64,000 bases of DNA, from the NCBI GenBank assembly GCA_040879145.1, contig JBBDKX010000035.1:1122-65121 (forward strand), read 5' to 3'. The notes beneath the pieces were generated by a model that saw only the letters and a list, made by a program, of their open reading frames with translations, was not told the DNA's origin and did not search any database. The position numbers and the translations under genes were made by a program. Source of the stretch: Candidatus Spechtbacterales bacterium (lineage in GTDB: Bacteria > Patescibacteriota > Minisyncoccia > Spechtbacterales > 2-12-FULL-38-22). How positions within the stretch are numbered: the first letter of the stretch is position 1; the number at the start of each line of letters is the position of its first letter. Shown piece after piece: positions 62,875 to 64,000 of the stretch.

Positions 62875-64000
62875 CTATCCGCCTATGCGAGCACTTCCCC
62901 CCGCACTACCCTCATGCTTGTTATGTTCAGGCGCGTCAATAAGCCCGCACTTTTTATATTTGAGTCCGCTACCACAAGGACAGGGGTCATTACGCCCAAT
63001 GTTTTCAGCATTTTTAGGTTTTGAGCCTTCTGACGATTGCTTACTGTTATCTGTTGTCTGTTTATTAGAAACTATATTCTGTGCCACCCTTTGTGCTGTA
63101 TGGTCGTGACTATGGTCGTGTTGAATATTTATTTTAAATAAAGAGGTAACTATCTGTGTTCCTATAGATTCCAGTAAAGTGTGGTACAGGTTTATCCCTT
63201 CGTTTTTATATTCAACAAGAGGGTCGCGCTGCGCGTATGCGCGAAGCCGCACATCCTGCCGCATATAATTCATAGCATCCAAATGGTCCATCCAAAGCAC
63301 ATCTATACTGCGTAAAACAAGCCATTTTTCCGCTCTGCGCATAGTTTCAGCGCCAACCTGCTCTTCCCGCGCGCGCATGGCGTTTGATATCGCGCCACGC
63401 ACAAATTCCTCTACTTTTGCGCGCGCTTCTGCCGGGTTTTTAACAGAATCGGCTACTTCTGTAAGTTTTTTGGCAAGGTCGCCTTCCACAGGTAAAATGC
63501 CTTCAATGTCCGCGGAGATTTCTTTTATGTTCCACTGCTCTTTATACTCGGCTCCGATATGATAATCAAACATCCGCTTCAAATGGTCTTCAATATATCC
63601 CTCAACCACTTTTTTTGTCTCATCTCCTTCTGCCGCCAAAACCTGATCACGTTTTTTATATATAGTTTCTCGGTGCTTGTTTAAAACCTCGTCATAATCA
63701 AGCAGTCGTTTTCTTGTATCAAAGTTCATACCCTCTATCTTTCCCTGCGCGCTCTCTATCGCGTTTGAAACTATCTTATTTTCTATCGGCTGGTCTTCAG
63801 GTACCTGAAAACGTTCCATTATATTTTGTATCCTGTCTCCTCCAAAGACACGCATAAGTTCGTCTTCCAAAGAAAGGTAAAACTGCGAAGAACCCGGGTC
63901 TCCCTGACGCCCCGCCCTTCCCCTTAACTGGTCATCTATCCTGCGTGCTTCGTGGCGCTCAGTTCCCAAAACATGCAAGCCACCCGCATCTTTAACGCGG
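62875..64000 (-). CDS. secA: Preprotein translocase SecA, C-terminal part
   Basis: GTERHEARRIDDQLRGRAGRQGDPGSS, DPLVEYKNEG, GRNDPCPCGSGLKYKKC. Confidence 0.97.
   Translation of the reverse strand, partial: RVKDAGGLHVLGTERHEARRIDDQLRGRAGRQGDPGSSQFYLSLEDELMRVFGGDRIQNIMERFQVPEDQPIENKIVSNAIESAQGKIEGMNFDTRKRLLDYDEVLNKHRETIYKKRDQVLAAEGDETKKVVEGYIEDHLKRMFDYHIGAEYKEQWNIKEISADIEGILPVEGDLAKKLTEVADSVKNPAEARAKVEEFVRGAISNAMRAREEQVGAETMRRAEKWLVLRSIDVLWMDHLDAMNYMRQDVRLRAYAQRDPLVEYKNEGINLYHTLLESIGTQIVTSLFKINIQHDHSHDHTAQRVAQNIVSNKQTTDNSKQSSEGSKPKNAENIGRNDPCPCGSGLKYKKCGLIDAPEHNKHEGSAGGSARIGG

Overview
This 64-kb window looks like the chromosome of a Patescibacteria/CPR bacterium (Parcubacteria-like, standard code 11). 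The placement is inferred from gene content: truncated AlaS, DnaX and S4, RpoA without an alpha-CTD, a baseplate-J-like/FtsA-like pair, a VirD4-like ATPase pair, and core genes without Shine-Dalgarno (SD) sequences. Most genes are on the minus strand and are housekeeping: rarA, DEAD helicase, typA, dnaX, purA, lysS, greA, PBP2, two mreB, proS, rseP, frr, holB, murA, the infA-rpmJ-rpsM-K-D-rpoA-rplQ-rplM-rpsI cluster, alaS, mnmA, secDF, a UvrD-nuclease, nth and secA. There are six tRNAs (one is tRNA-Ile UAU), tmRNA, and a small accessory island beyond tRNA-Gln. No transposase, integrase or CRISPR array was seen. The most unusual signal is non-coding: a dense, modular set of small palindromic elements. 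(1) About 15 inverted arrays of 7/8/9-nt periodic repeats sit at stop-to-start junctions of essential operons. (2) Nine CCTGCCTG...CAGGCAGG hairpins occur, one with a matching empty site. (3) A 21-nt in-frame insertion lies inside mnmA. (4) Three loci share an X-insert-inverted X-X architecture in which host sequence (tRNA-Gln 3' end, dnaX 5' end, a palindrome arm) is triplicated around an insert. Two long structured RNA candidates flank the tmRNA locus. All calls come from reading the sequence; no searches or folding programs were run.
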